A stretch of 64,000 nt of DNA from the human T2T-CHM13v2.0 reference genome, Homo sapiens (GCF_009914755.1 NC_060934.1), one strand, 5' to 3'; shown: positions 23,697 through 38,595, counted from the first letter of the stretch. Notes: a model not told the origin generated them from the sequence alone. Made by a program: numbers and translations.

Positions 23697-23991
23697 ATTT
23701 TTTAACTTTTATTTTTTCTTCTTGAGACAGAGTCTCACTCTATCACCCAGGCTGATGTGCAGGGATGCAATCTTGGCTCACTGCAGCCTTCGACTTCTGG
23801 GTTCAACAATTCTCACGCCTGAGCCTCCCCAGTAGCTGGGATTACAGGCGTGTGCCAACACGTTCAACTAATTTATGTATTAATATATTTTAGTAGAGAC
23901 AGGCTGTTCTCAAACTCCTGAGCTCAAGAGATCTGCCCACCTTGTCCTCCCAAAGTGCTGGGATTACAGGCATGAGCTACTGCACTCAGCC
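23697..23991 (-). mobile_element. AluJ-like element with an internal deletion of about 20 bp, inserted at the L2 tail
   Basis: ctcctgagctcaag diagnostic; gagac joined directly to aggctg; degenerate TSD aatgaacgaata/aataaacaaata. Confidence 0.9.
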
Positions 23992-26900
23992 AAATAAACA
24001 AATAATTTTTCTTTTTAAAATGAAATACTTACTTGGCAGAGACCACCTACTGTTACGCAATCATTCTATAGTCTTTAAAATCTAACACTAATTTCAGGTA
24101 TCAAAATTTATATTTTTAAATGTTTATATATTTATTGTCATGTGAGATTTTATGGTGGTCAAGTTCAAAGGGCCCAAATATCTAGTCGCCCTAATAATAT
24201 TTTCAGTGTTTTTCAAAAGCTTACAGATTTTGATCATTTACTAATGACACTCCACTGCTCACTCAAAGCTACACTGACTAGCACAAATATCCTGCTTCTT
24301 TGCTTAGAGTGAGGCTGCTAGTTGGCGCATTTTGATGAGAAATTCCAATCGGCAGGCATATGCAGATTTGGATATTTTTTAAAAAATGAAATAAGACATT
24401 TTAAAAGTAACAGGTTTACAGAGAAAAAGTTTACTAAAACAGGTCCTAAGGAAAAAGACTTTGAAACCAGTTACCTAGCAAACTATAAAAGCTAAATGCC
24501 CCAAATTGTAATGATAGCCAGTTGCACCAAAATTCAATGTTATTCATATTTTATTTTTCAAGATAAAAAAGTTACTATGTATTGCCAAGTTTGAAACTGA
24601 ATGCTCTATCTCATTCCTTTAAGCCAAATCTTTACAAGAAAAGGATTTCTACTTCAAAAGAAAGTGACACAATACTCATAATTAACATAAAAATAAGCAT
24701 TTGCCTAATTTCAGGAGAGTACATTAAGTCATTAGTATAAGTGGTGTTTTGCTTTGCACTCTCTTTACATTATTCCATCTCTTTCCATCTGGGAGCAAAC
24801 TTAACAAGCAATTTAAAAATAATTGGTGAATTAAATTGTCATTGGTGGCCTCATTTTCCTTTTTCGCGTATGTCTTCAACAGACTTACTCTAGCAGTACC
24901 ATTAATACAGCTGCGGTAAAAAAAATCTGTGCAAATGGCATGTTATAAAATTAAATGGTAACATATTGTGTTGCTTGGGATCACAGTCAAGTCTAGAGGC
25001 AAAATAGAAATAACAGATGCAATACAAATGTAGAGTTATTATGTGTGTCATACTGGAATCTAGCCTCACAAAATTAGCACAATATGCTCTACCTGAGGAT
25101 AAGCTAGGGAAAAGAAAAAAAAAAAAAAGAAAGAAAGAAGGAAGATTGTGCCAGCAACATAAATGGAGACATAGAAACATTTTAATCTTAATATGGTAAT
25201 ACGTTTTGAAAAGAAATTGTACATAGATTTTTTATTTAAAATTTCAGACCAAGAGAAATGCCTTCTATATTAATATAGTTCTCCAAAATGTTTTTTGGAT
25301 CATGAAATTTCTGACATTCCTTTTGAATTTAGTGAATTTACTAGTTTGAATGGTCCTAATTAAATTCTTCCCTAAAGCTATTTACAGAGGTACCTCCTGA
25401 TTTTATTAGTCCTTTAGTGATGCTGCATGTCTGGTTTGGAGAGTAACTTCCAGCAAATGAATAGTATTTATGCTTAAAACTTAAATGTGTGTGTGTAACA
25501 TATTGAATACGTAATTTAATATAATATCTTTAATACTATGCTTTACTAATTATCTAATTTATGTGTGATACATCATATCATCATATAGCTGCCTGGGTTT
25601 GTTTTGAATTGTAATCCAAAATTAATTATCTCAATTATAATAACTTTTATCTTTACATTAAAAAGTAAAAGATCCCTTTTCCTCATCCTCATAGAAAAAA
25701 ATAAGAATGTTAAAAAGAATCAAAACTATGTTTTTTGGTGAAATTACTGGCTCCATTTATTTGCCCTCCCGCTACTTATGCTTTTTTCCATATAACTTTG
25801 CAGTTCCTTCTCTAAAAATTCCCTCTACTTACCCGTTTCTGAACAAAAATATCTCACTTCTCACAGAAAAAAATGAGGGATTTGAAAAAATAATACTGTT
25901 AAATTATATAAACATATAGTAAGCATTTTCTTACAACTGTGAGTGTAAATGATGTCACATTGCATTTACTATCCACCATTCACTACCTCACTTCACCGCC
26001 TCAGCTACCACAACTCTCAGAATAAGTACCCATCTCCAGAAAAAACTCTTGAGTCTGTTTTTAGTGATTTGATTTAGATGAGTGTTAAATTATTTGCCTC
26101 GAAATATAATTATGACTCACTAGAGTTGAAAATAAAAATTACTATTATAATGAGTTCTATGAGCTAGATGAACAAGTCTACACACCATTTGTAAAGTACA
26201 GTGGTTTTGCTAGCTAGTTGGTAGAATCACGATCAAGTGATGCCATCTTGGCCAGCCATCAGCAAACTGTAATAGCTGATACTGATAATTATGAATAACA
26301 GCAAACTTGAAAATAATTACATAATTAAATACTTATTTGTGTAATGAGCTGCTTTTAGAATCTATGCCAGTGGGTCAAGTAAGAAGAAGTAATTGGATCA
26401 GTAGGAGACATTTAGTAGTTAAGAGACTTGCTTGTGCACACCTAAAAACTCAATGGAGGTTAAGTAGCATATCACTGCCAAAGAGATTCTCTAGCACTGG
26501 TGGGCCTCAGCAAAACCGTAAGTGGCCTTGTGAGACTGTGGGACTTTAGCACATTACTGCAATAGACTCATAATCTTATCTAAATCAAAGACTCTGAAAA
26601 AAAGTGTTATTTGCTACTTAAAATGCAAACCATTCTACTTCAAAATATATAGAGGAGAAAGAGGACTTGTCCCAAGATAAAATGTGTCACATTTGACAAC
26701 TATCAACCTTATCAGAGTCTAAAACTTATATGAATACATGCTGAAAGTGGATGCTCTTAGTTGTATTTATCCCCATTATTAAACCTAAATAGAGAAGATC
26801 AAAGCCAAGGACTGGAATTTTGAATTATTAGTAGCTACAAATTTCTTTCTTAAAGCTTTCTGGGGCAAGTGATTGTCAACTTCATAGAGTAGAAAATCAA

Positions 26901-27104
26901 ATTAAAATGGAATAAATATTATTATTCTGAAGACAAGTGTTCCTTTTTTCATAGAAACATTAAAAGTATTTGCTAAGTATGATAAAACACGTATTTCTAG
27001 AAAACAGCAGATATAAGACAGTGATTTTCATTTTTTTCTATCGACAGTATAAACATTAGTATAGAAGTATGAGAGCCCGTATTGCTGATGTTTGGAGACT
27101 AACA

Positions 27105-27160
27105 TTCCTTGCAAAGAGATGTCTATGTCCTTTCCAACTCTAATAATCTGTGATTCTATA
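27105..27160 (+). mobile_element. MIR3/MIRc-type 3' end
   Basis: gtcctttccaactctaataatctgtgattcta. Confidence 0.55.
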
Positions 27161-27759
27161 ATTTGATATTAAGCGAAGATTTTAGTAACACCTAATTTCT
27201 GAATTGAAAAGAATTTTTAAAATTCTCACCCACTTACTCAATACTTGATTTTCTTCTATATGAATAGCACAGTCATATAGTTCATGCTTGAGCCAAATTT
27301 ATATTAGCCTAAATACATTTTTGATGAAATATTTTTGTTTCACAAAAATTCTTATATTACAAAATTTTCTCTAATATATATATGCTTACTGCATTTTAAA
27401 TCGGTCTGGCGCTACTGGAAATTGCTTCATATTAAATTATAAGAAATTTAATAATCAATAATAAGTATTTGGCTGGGTTAACCATATTTCTTACATAACA
27501 AATGCTGATAAATATATGTGTGTGTGTGTGTTTGTGTACATACTCTTGTCAAATTCTAATTAACAAAAATGTTTAAAATATGTTGATAAATGCAAATAAA
27601 CATTCACAATATTATTATGATTTCATACATGTTTTGCATCAAAAATGGCAACTTGCTATTATATTAATAGCTACATTTTAATTGGGGTCTCACTAATCTA
27701 GAGGCTACTCTAATAGCTTCCATGTATTGAATGCTTCCTTTGTCTGGAAAGATAGACTT

Positions 27760-27855
27760 TTATATGTTAACATTGGTAATTTCTGGGTGATGGGACTGCA
27801 CATCATTTTATCTTGTAATTCTTGATTTTGATATTTCTACAATGAACAAACATTA
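27760..27855 (+). mobile_element. L1ME-type 3' end fragment
   Basis: tgttaacattggtaatttctgggtgatgggactgc...tttctacaatgaaca. Confidence 0.5.
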
Positions 27856-30800
27856 AAAACACGATTTTAAGATGTTATAAAATATATATTATCCTATTTC
27901 TCTTTTATTTTTATTTTTCAATAGTTTTTAATTTTTATACAAGCTTTGGTCAGTGAGTAATGGTACTTCCACAGAGTACATAAGATTTCAATGTCCAAAG
28001 CAAGTCAGTCTGTATTGCATATATTCAGAGCTCCATCAAGTAAAATTCAATGTTAATACAGAGGTAAGTGTTAACAGAGAGGAACAATGAAAAATCCTAT
28101 TTAGGACCTGACTTCAAATCTCATAAGGGATCAGAAATACCACTGTACTGCTGAAAGTGTTTTCCTAGGAAAAACAGTTTTCATAGCATAGCTCGCTGAG
28201 AACTAACTGATTTTTGGCAATTAGATCACCCATTTTTGAGTTAAAAAAAGATAACAATTGAATATCATTTGAACTTCTAATACCTATTAAGAAAAAAGTT
28301 ATTTAAAAATGTTTGGAATTTTTGGTTGGAAATCTATGCAGTTTTGAAATTAAAATATCGATTGTGAGAATAGTCTCATTCAAAGTTGAAATACACTCTT
28401 CAGTAACAAAATAATACTGAAAAGGGTGAGTGCAATGACAAGAACATCATATGAACAGATATTATATTCTGGAAAAAGTATAAAAGCAGATTCAAGTGAT
28501 AGAGATTGATATCCCAATTAAATTAAAAGAATGCCCAGAAAATCAGCATAATTTTCAATAAAAATGATACTTTATTATGAGTAGGTAAGTAGAGAGTGTA
28601 TTTATTTAGATGCTCCCCACTGGTGTCCTTGTGAAAATGGATGTCAATTGTGTCAATAATAAGCAATGCTACTTGCACCTCAATTTCTCAGAAGGTGTTC
28701 AGGAAAAGAAGGTACCAGGTACCTTAGCAGGCAATGGGAATGAGGTTGGGATATTTGAAAAATAAAAAAGGGAAAGATTAACTGAAACACTTGTAAGGAG
28801 ATTTAGATCTCCAAAATTCTTCTTTAACTCACAATCAATTGACTTCAGATTTGCCTATGCCCATATATCACCCCTCACACATCAAGATTAGAAGCAAGCA
28901 CATATAGCAGTGGCGAGGTAGTGAATAGAACAAAGTAGCCATTTGTAGCCCAGAATCAGAAATGTAGGAAGTGATCCAGAGAATAGAGCTTGCATACTGA
29001 CTGCAGGGGGACTATGCAAGGAGTAAAATATTAATTTCTAGGCAGGTACCAGAATCTAAACAATGATAAGCAGGTATATATCTACCAGCTATCAGAAACA
29101 AACATGGCAGAGATTCAAAGTAGAGAGTCAGGCAGACTAATAAAAGATAACAGTAGTCAAACAGTATAGAAACAATGTAATGATCACAAATGATTCTGTT
29201 TCTGCCATCCTTCTTCTAAAATTCTATATGTGACAGAAAGTCTAAAATGAAACAAAATAATATGGAAATTATAATTAAAAATTATTCTTGACTGAGTTAC
29301 AGTCAACATGAACATAGGGATATGGACAACAGCAACATTAGAGGGGTCATATTTGCAGGGTCTTTCTGGAGTCAAGTGAATTTGGAATTACAACATGGTA
29401 TGTGTTTAATGCTCAGCAATTATGTTATGAGCAAACAACAAGTTATATTGGTGTGGGATTTTGAGCAAAATTGCTTTATTTATTTTATTTATTTTATGAA
29501 GGGAGAGGACCAAATTTTAAATTTCAGTTGAGGCTTTCCATTTGCAGAAATGGTAGATTTTCATTTTAGGAATCTTCCATTAGATAATGTCAGCTCCTAA
29601 TACTTCTCATTCTCTTGTAATTTCTTTTTTTATTAAATTGAGATTCTCAGTGAGGTCATAGTGTAATGGAGAAAAAATAGGTCTGCGAGAAAATTGTGAT
29701 GTCTTTACCAACAGAAGGTGATAGGATCGCAGGTGATAAAAACAAATGAAATAAAAGAAACAGAAAACCTAAAGAAATCAATCCTATACTTTGTCCACTC
29801 CATTTTTTTTCTCCTTTATTTCTTCCACTTTTTCTTTTGAAAGGTACCCTTTTAGTTCCAAAAATGTAGAGAAGAGTATATTCATTATTTTAGTTTTTGT
29901 TTTCTTTCAATTGCTTTAAAATATTTTTCTATTTGATCCTAACATTCACCCTATCAAAAAGATATTTTGAATGTTTTGACAAATAAGGGTGATGATGTTC
30001 AGATTTCAGTGATGCACTTAGTAATTAGCAGAGCCTGTATCCAAACTTGAGTTTGACACATTTTTAATACCTATGCTATTCCTTACAAGCTATGTTAGGT
30101 TATAGATGATTTTTCCCACTGTCCAAAACTAATTTTTTATGTCCTTCATAATCTTCAGAAATGTGTTTTGCCACTTTAAGGAGGAAAAATTGTCTGTAAA
30201 ATCCAAAACAGCAATTTTGCTGTTGCAATGGAACCCAACGAGTGATGCCAGCCCACTGAATTGAACAGAAAGACAGTGATGATTCTTTGTGAAGAGAAAA
30301 AATATACATACACCTCTATAATGTGAACAGAGCATAATAAGTGGCATTTTTGCAATTTGGCTGCTTGACATCCTGTGTGAAGTTCTGAATATCCTTTTTT
30401 TGAGCATAAAGCAAGGACATGGCTTTTTTTCCCCTTCATGCACTCAAGGGACTCACTCAAACACCTAATAATGCTGTTCAACCTTTAATACATTCATAAT
30501 GGAATTCCCCAGTTAGCGTGTTTTCACTTGCCTGGGTAGAGGCACCAGCTACAACCTCTTCAAATACTTAAAAGAAAATACTGTTCACATTAATTGTAAG
30601 AATCTTCAAAAGAATGCTAGAATACCTCAAATGGAAAATTCACAAGTAGTAGCAGACAAGAAGACATAGAGCATAGGAGTGAATAGTAGCTATAAATCAG
30701 ATACAAGCCACATTAATGAATTGAGATAAGAAGTGTGAAATAAAATCGATCCCCGCTCATCAGAGAAGGAGGAGAGGGTTATTTTTAATCTTGGGATGAA

Positions 30801-32623
30801 TTTAAAATCAATAAAAAAGTATAATAGTCTCATAAACAGAAATCGAACGACAATGCAAGGAGTTGGAAAAAAATTAAAAACAAAGGGAAAAAAGTACACC
30901 AATTTACTTCAACAGTTACAAGAAGCCTTGTTTGATAGTGTTAACTGTATTCATAATGAACATGTGTATAGAGCCTTTTAAAACATCCCATCAAGCACTG
31001 CACAGCTGAATGTGACCACTCAAATAATATTTGGTGAACATAAAGAAGAATGCCCATAAATAATAATCTTCCAAGTCAAACATCTTAGATCTAAAAGTTA
31101 AGGCTACAGGAAGAGTGAGAACTCTTTGTGTGAAGACACTCATAATTAACAATATATAAGCAACTACATAAGGCTGAAATAGGCAGGGATTGTGAAATTC
31201 CACAATATGAGAACACTTATTTTCTTCTTTTCCTCTCATAAATTTTGTTCAGAATACCAATTTGGGGAATCAAGCAGAAGTAATCCCTGCTAATAGTGCT
31301 GACACTATGTCAAAAGTTTTGAGCAATAAAAAAAAATCTCCGACTTTCTATATACCAGAAACTTTCATTTTACCCTAGAAAATCAAAGGACCCCTTTAAC
31401 TAAAAATGTGTTTCTAGAAAAGTGTTCCAAAATACGTCATATGGGGATCTAGCTCCTCAGCCAAGCAATTGAGCCTCTTTTCCTTTTGTAAGCAGCATAT
31501 CAAAGTAAGGCCAAAGTTGGATACTAAGAAAAGAATGGAGTTACTTATATTTAATATTTAGGATACAAAATAAGAGCAAAGTATAATTGCATAATGCTTG
31601 CTACATTTCAAATTTGTCTCCTTCTGGAAGGACCTTCATCTCTGCTCCCTGAAAGCCAAAAACAACAGGCTACTATTTTTGTTTTTCATGAAGCTAGATA
31701 TTAGCCAGTTGCTAGACTTCAACTGTGATATATTCATGAGAAGACACAAGCTGGAGAATTTCAGCCTAGTCTAAGCAGGACAGATGGAGTTGCTTTTTAC
31801 CTTTATACAGATCACGAGTTTTTAGCCATTTATTTTTCAAAAGTCTAGCCTTCAGCAGGGAGCATCCATATGCGTGTGTGCAATTCACATTGAGTTCTGA
31901 AACAAGACTTCTGGTTTATCCATAAATCTGGCAAAATAAATTCTCGAGGCATAGCCTGGCAACAAAGAACTTGAATAAATTCTTTAAAGCTCTTTTGTAG
32001 TGAAATAATATTAGAAGTTGGGGCAAAGACAAAGCCATGAGAGGTGTTGATCTCTAACAGTTTTATGAAAAGATGTTTAAGTAACTTTTCAGTGGCATCA
32101 ATTTAAAAATCTAGTCAATGATGTAACGTTGAGGATGGAGTTTGCTGACTTTTATCTTCCATGAGCAGTCAGACTAACCAGGTGTTAGTAATTTGAATCT
32201 AAGCAATAAAGACTGTGAAGCCACATTGATATAGTTACCATAAATGGGAATCAGTGAGTCCCACCAGCGTCACAGAGAACAATTCAGTCAGTAGCTTGGG
32301 CAGGGCCCTGCTAGTCATTAACAACTCCATTAAGCTAAGACAGAAACTGGAAGCATTGCCCAGAGAGGTAATCAGAAGCACTATGCTCCCAAGACTTTCC
32401 TTAACAGGTGCTCATTTTCATCCTGGTAAGATTTAGAACTAAGCATATACATATTTAAGAGAATCATATTAGAGTATGGATATTTGAAATCTATCAATAT
32501 TTACTATTTTATATTCTTAAAATATTTCAGATAATTTGCCTTTTTGAATCACATTTGTACTTATGATGTATAATTAAGTAATTTACATACAGTTATATTA
32601 AACTTAGATCTATTAATTTCACA

Positions 32624-33205
32624 TAGTAGAGGCTACTAGTTATTCCCAAATATGTTCATTCTTCCTTTCTTTCTTCCTTTCCCTTCCTTCCTTCCTTTCT
32701 TTTCTTTCTTTCTTTTTAAAATACTGCTCCTTCCTGTACACTGATTTTTTTTCCTTTCTTGTTAGCAGTAAAAATCTTGATTTTTTTTGTAAGTCTAAAA
32801 GACTGTAAAACCTTCCATTCTCTGCTCAGTTATTTGTGATGTTAGGACTGAGTTCTAACTACTTAAATGTATTTATAGTGCTATATAAAACTTCCAGAAA
32901 GCATCTTTGGGGGAACAGGGGCTTGCCCTTTTCTTCTTCTCTCCATTCTCTTTCTTGGGACTCTACTTTAATGATTCCAGTTTAAGCAGCCATTATAGAC
33001 CATGAGATTAAGGATTAGACCGTGGCCATGGAATAATGTTGATCTGGGAGGAAGGTGAGTTAATGAGGTCTTCAGAGAGCTGCAGTACTAGCTGCTGGTT
33101 TCATATATCTAGACTTCTTTCATAAAACGCAAACTGCCATTCATACTTGTCATTATTATATATTTGGGAGGTTCTATATTTCAAGAAGCTAAGCCATATA
33201 ATAAA
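32624..33205 (+). mobile_element. MLT1 (J/K-like) solo LTR with an internal (CTT/CCTT)n tract
   Basis: gactgagttcta...aacttccagaaagcatctt...gcagccattatagaccatgag...tctagacttcttt. Confidence 0.65.
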
Positions 33206-33240
33206 TAGTTTGTATTTAAAAAGTCAGAGTATTTTAAAAG

Positions 33241-33616
33241 GATATATGCATAATGGAATACTATTCAGCCATAAAAAGGAAGGAAATGATTTCTTTGCAG
33301 CAACATGGAAGGAACTACAGGCCATAATCTTAAGTGAAACAACTAAAACACAGAAAGACAAATATCACATGTTTTCACTTAAAAATGGGAGCTAAATAAT
33401 GTGTACACATGGACGTAAAGTGTGGAATGATTGAAAATGGAGACTCAGAAGGGTGAAGAATGGGATTGGGGTTCACCATGGGAAATTAATTAATGTATAC
33501 AAGTGTGTGTTATTCTGGTGACGGATACACTAAAAGCCCTGACTTCACCACTACCCAATGTGTTCATGTAGCAAAATTACACTGTTGTCACATAAATTTA
33601 TACAAATAAAAATAAA
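33241..33616 (+). mobile_element. L1PB3/4-type 3' end
   Basis: aatggaatactattcagccataaaaagg...ggatacactaaaagccctgacttcaccactac...aaatttatacaaataaaa. Confidence 0.88.
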
Positions 33617-35953
33617 TCACTAAAATTACAACTTTTCCCTTATTAGCTTTATGAGGTTTATTTAAGTACTCATGAGTGGTGTCTTTCAGTCAAAATAACT
33701 ACAAAGGAAATTTTCTATCTAGATTTATATAACTGATATAAAATATCTCTATAGATCTATCCGTACATCAATATCTATCAATTACTTCTAAAGGTTATTA
33801 ACTATACAGTTTTCTAAAAGGATCCACACATTAATCAAGTCCCCTTCTCCTCTTAAAGTCATAGTCAAAAGTTGTTAGAAGTTGCTATAAATATAAGTAA
33901 ATAATATGGTTTTGTAGGCTAAACCCAGATAGTAAAGGAACTAAACTAATATTGTAATGTCCTAGCCTTTCATTTTAAACAAACAATAAAAATGCATATA
34001 TACACAAAACTGTTTTCTTATGCAAAATGCTGATAAGCATTTTTTCTAAAATAAATCAAGGTCACGTGATCAAAGTGAAGCTTTTGACAAATTAGACTAG
34101 TTTGATAACCTGGGTTTTAAAGAAACTGTATCCTTTTTCCTTGATTTTAGAAGAGAACAGCAAAAGATAATTATAAATTTTATTTTAAAATATAATGTGT
34201 ATTTTTCTCACTAAAAGACGAGTTAATATGAAATTCCTAAACTTTTCATACTGTTTTACTATTGAGCTAACATTACTTTCACATATAAGTAAAATAAATT
34301 TAAAACTATGTTTTCAATCAAATTAGATTATAATTTTAAGAAACATTTTTATAGTAATGGAATATAGTTTTGAACTTATATTAAACCCAAATTAATTGGA
34401 TACTTGGATTATTTTTAACTAAAGTAGAATATTAAAATATTGGTTACCAGCGTAATTTTGACATACATTCCTTTGATTCTTATTTTTACATGTTATAGAG
34501 TAGCAATAACTTAGGGCCGTGTTTGAAAATGTCTTAATGTTTGCCTTTTTAAGGTATGGTAAAAAAAAAAATGTGTATGGCCGTCAGATATCATACTATA
34601 TGTATTCATTAGCATAGCTGTAGTGTTAGACAAATCTAAACCCCATTTCACTCCATGATGTAGAAGTTAAATACTAAAAATTATGTTAATATGGGTAATT
34701 TAAAATATACTAGAATCAGTACTGGCAGATAAGAAGAATTGTGTATGAAAAGAAAGATAATGCACTTTTGTTTATTAAGGGAAAATGAGAGCAGTTTTAT
34801 CCTAAAGTGAAGTATCAGTTATTTTCAGATGTGAAATAGAATAGTAAATGATAAAACCTAAGCAAATACAGGAAGTCATAGTTTTTGGAAACGAGAATTT
34901 AATTATCTTAGATTATAATATCAAAAAATAAGGAATCTCAAAAAATGTAGTAGAATATGTTAAAATTTTCCCAAGAGTAGGTTAGTTTTCATGGTTGGTC
35001 AGTTAATACTGAAAGCATAAAGAAGCTTGTGAATCTTTTACTGCCAAATATTAACAGCGCAAAATTAGACTATTTCTATTGAAATAATAAATTAATCTTG
35101 AATTACTTAGTCTGATTTTAACAATATATAATAATTATTTTCCTTCCATGTAACCTTCTGACATGAATGGCTCACCAGAGTTGTTTCCTGTGTGTTGTGC
35201 TGAATTTATTATGCCCTGGATCAATCAATTCTGAAGGAGCTAAGATACCATTAAATTGGGTTAATACTTTCTGTTTATTTAAAATATTGTATTTTCCCTT
35301 GATTAACTTGTATTCAAGCCATGACCTTTTATTGTTCTCAAATACTGATATTAATATTCTAATCAAGTGAATAGATCCCTCTGATAACTCTTGACATTTT
35401 CTTCTCAAAATTAATTCCTAAATTTAGAAAAATACAATTTAGTGTGCCTTTTATACCTAATACTATCTTCGTGATATCTCAGATGATCACAGAAAAATCA
35501 CAAATGTTTGTCTTTTACTCTATAAAAAAGAGTAATGCTGAAAATAATTATAGTTGTTGGATATGCTCCTCATTTCTTACATAGCTCAACACTATGATGA
35601 GAGCTACAAGAGGAGTTGTTAAACAAAAGCCTTCTCTAAGATAGTTTTGTTCAGGAAAAACATATATTGATAATTCTCTGGAGTGTAGAGTCTCTGAAAT
35701 ACATACATCATACACACATACAGGCATACATTAGAGAGAAGAGAGAGATGTACATATACATATTCTGGAGACTACATTCTGGAGATTTATAAATATCCTT
35801 ATACTTATTTTTAACCTCAGAACATAATTACTAAATACCCTTATGACTAAATATATATTATACCTTAATAGATCTTACTATTCTTTATCCTTATGTGTTG
35901 GTCCTCTAATAAATTTGCCATAGCCATTTAATTCTGTCTTTGCCAGGTTAAGA

Positions 35954-35981
35954 TTTGCTTGCTTGCTTGCTTGCTTGCTTG
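35954..35981. repeat. (TTGC)n microsatellite
   Basis: Direct reading. Confidence 0.9.
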
Positions 35982-36277
35982 ATTTCAACTGTCCTGTCTT
36001 CAATTTCAAATGAGGAAAATAATATCCACAAGTGCACCTAGGTAAAATGTTTAGTTCAATAACTGGCATGTGATCAGAATTAAATTATAAATCTGATCCT
36101 AAAATGAAAACTCAAAATGAGAAAGCATTAGGATTATATTTCTGCTTCTCTGACATGAACACTTTATAATTAATTGAAGAGAAATGTTGAGTGGCTAACA
36201 GCCAGAGGAACAAGCATGGCTGTCAATGCATCTTGACTTTCTAATTCCTCATACAGGAACTTTAAAAGTTAGCATAT

Positions 36278-36645
<368 letters not shown>

Positions 36646-36693
36646 AAAAGTTATCATATGATATGTCCTCAAGTTTATGTTGAAAATGTAAAT

Positions 36694-36850
36694 CACAGGT
36701 TTTTAAACTTTGCCACGTAACAGAATCAGCTGTATAACTTTAAAAACACACATATGCCATCCCACCCGATCCGCTGAATCAGAATGTCTGAAGTAGAGTA
36801 TTTTACAAATCTTCATCAAAAATATCAATGACTAGTAAAAGTCAAAATAC
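36694..36850. mobile_element. MER5-type hAT-Charlie fragment
   Basis: gtttttaaacttt...cagaatcagctg...gctgaatcagaatgtctg. Confidence 0.55.
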
Positions 36851-38595
36851 TGATCATATTAACTGAATATTTCATATGTAGGGCTTTTTGTCAATTTACT
36901 ATTTTTTACCTGAAATAAATGATTTTGTGAAGATATAAAATTAGGAGAGACCATTTTACATAGGTGTATTCCAAAAATATCACCTTTCCTTAAGTCAGAT
37001 ACTGAAGTAATGCTCCAAAACCCAACAATTACATGTTACTCCAGATGCATTAGCTTTAATGGCATTGGGTGGTGGTTTAATTTTTAGCCCACCCTGGCCA
37101 GGGATATTTCCTTAGTGACAGCAGTATGGTCTGCAGCAAATGTGAACTTTAGGAAATGCACTAACGTATAAGGGAAAGGCAGCTATCAGCATTCAGTCTT
37201 CTCTGAAGGTAAGTATAGCAAATTAAGAGAGATGTAGTAGAAATGCAGTAGCAGTTAAGGGATCAATTCAAAGTTATCAGAAAAGGGTATCTTGTAGGAC
37301 AAGTTCAAAGCTGAAGATTGAATTTTAAATGTTATTGTGTGTTACATGCAAGTCTCTTCTCATATTTTAAATTTCTTAACAAAATCCACTAACAAAGTAT
37401 TATCCCTATGATGTCTCAAAAAAAAAAAGAAAGAAAAGTTAAAAAAAAAAAAGAAATGAAACTCCAAGAAATATGATCAAATTCACACAGTTAACAACTG
37501 GAAAATTCTGAATGTAAAGATAGCTTTTTCAAGTATCTAAGTTCTTTCTTCAACAGTCCACATAGTTTTAAGAAACCAAAACTACATTACCTTGTAACTT
37601 CCCAGGTTAGGTTTATAGAGTAGATGATTAGAAAGTAATAAGTTCTTAAGAGGTTAAGAAGAGAAATTTAACTTATTCCTTTGATATTGCTAGGGAAGAA
37701 ATAAAGAAAGCAGTGGGGACAATTTCTTGTAGTTGGAACCCCTTATATCATTTTTTATTTTTCATTTTTAAGAGCAATACAGAGAAGATTCATCAATCTA
37801 TGTTCAGGTAGTAATTGCTTTTTACTACTTTAAGCTCATCTGTAAAAATCAAAGTGAAACTGACTAGGTTTTACGATATTTTCTGAAAAGTCAAAATTCT
37901 GGTCTTTGCTATCCCTTTTAGGAATATATGGTAAAAGTTTCCCTATTTGCTCATTACTGATTCATCTGCATAATGAAGAGTTAAAATCTTATTGAGAAAT
38001 GCCTTGCAATCAGTTGAGAATCTAATTGTACCTGTTTGGAAAGGTTAGTTACAAAAGCACCCACGGTGATCCAAACTTATATTACACATCCTCTGATTAT
38101 CACATTTAAAGTAATATGTCATTTGTTATTCATATTTAGTGTTACAACTCTTTAATAACCACTCAATCTATTTCCCTTTAAAAGGACAGCTGCAATAACA
38201 GCAAAATTGTAAACCTTAAGTGTAGCGTAAGAATTCAAGGTGAAACACATTCCAAGTAGTAGCTTAAAATGTCAGTATCATACATGGCTCCCTGAATAAA
38301 AGAGGCAAGACGTGTCAACCTGAACAGACATTCATCTCTTTGCACTAAAGTGAGAGATACAAAGACCTGTACCACTCCCAGTAGAGAGATGTGCTGAGAC
38401 ATTCAAGAGTCAAAGACGCTCAGCTGTCTGAGGCAAATACTGTGAGTCTTCAGGTCTCTGTAAATTGTTCTACAGCTGTGAAGGATTCAAAGTAAAATTT
38501 CAGAATGATCATAAATGAATAAAATGTGGTGGATTATAGTAGTTACTGTCTTTGGCTGTCCGTAATTTATTATGTTGCTACTTCTTGTAACTGTA

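Noticed and set aside
30100-31239. Overlapping 61-104 aa ORFs in unique DNA
   Set aside because: No recognisable domain, AT-driven composition and no supporting exon structure.
37088-37214. 121-nt AG...GTAAGT exon-like segment (strong donors also near 28064 and 53338)
   Set aside because: Not a multiple of 3 and no recognisable peptide; isolated consensus donors are expected by chance in 64 kb.
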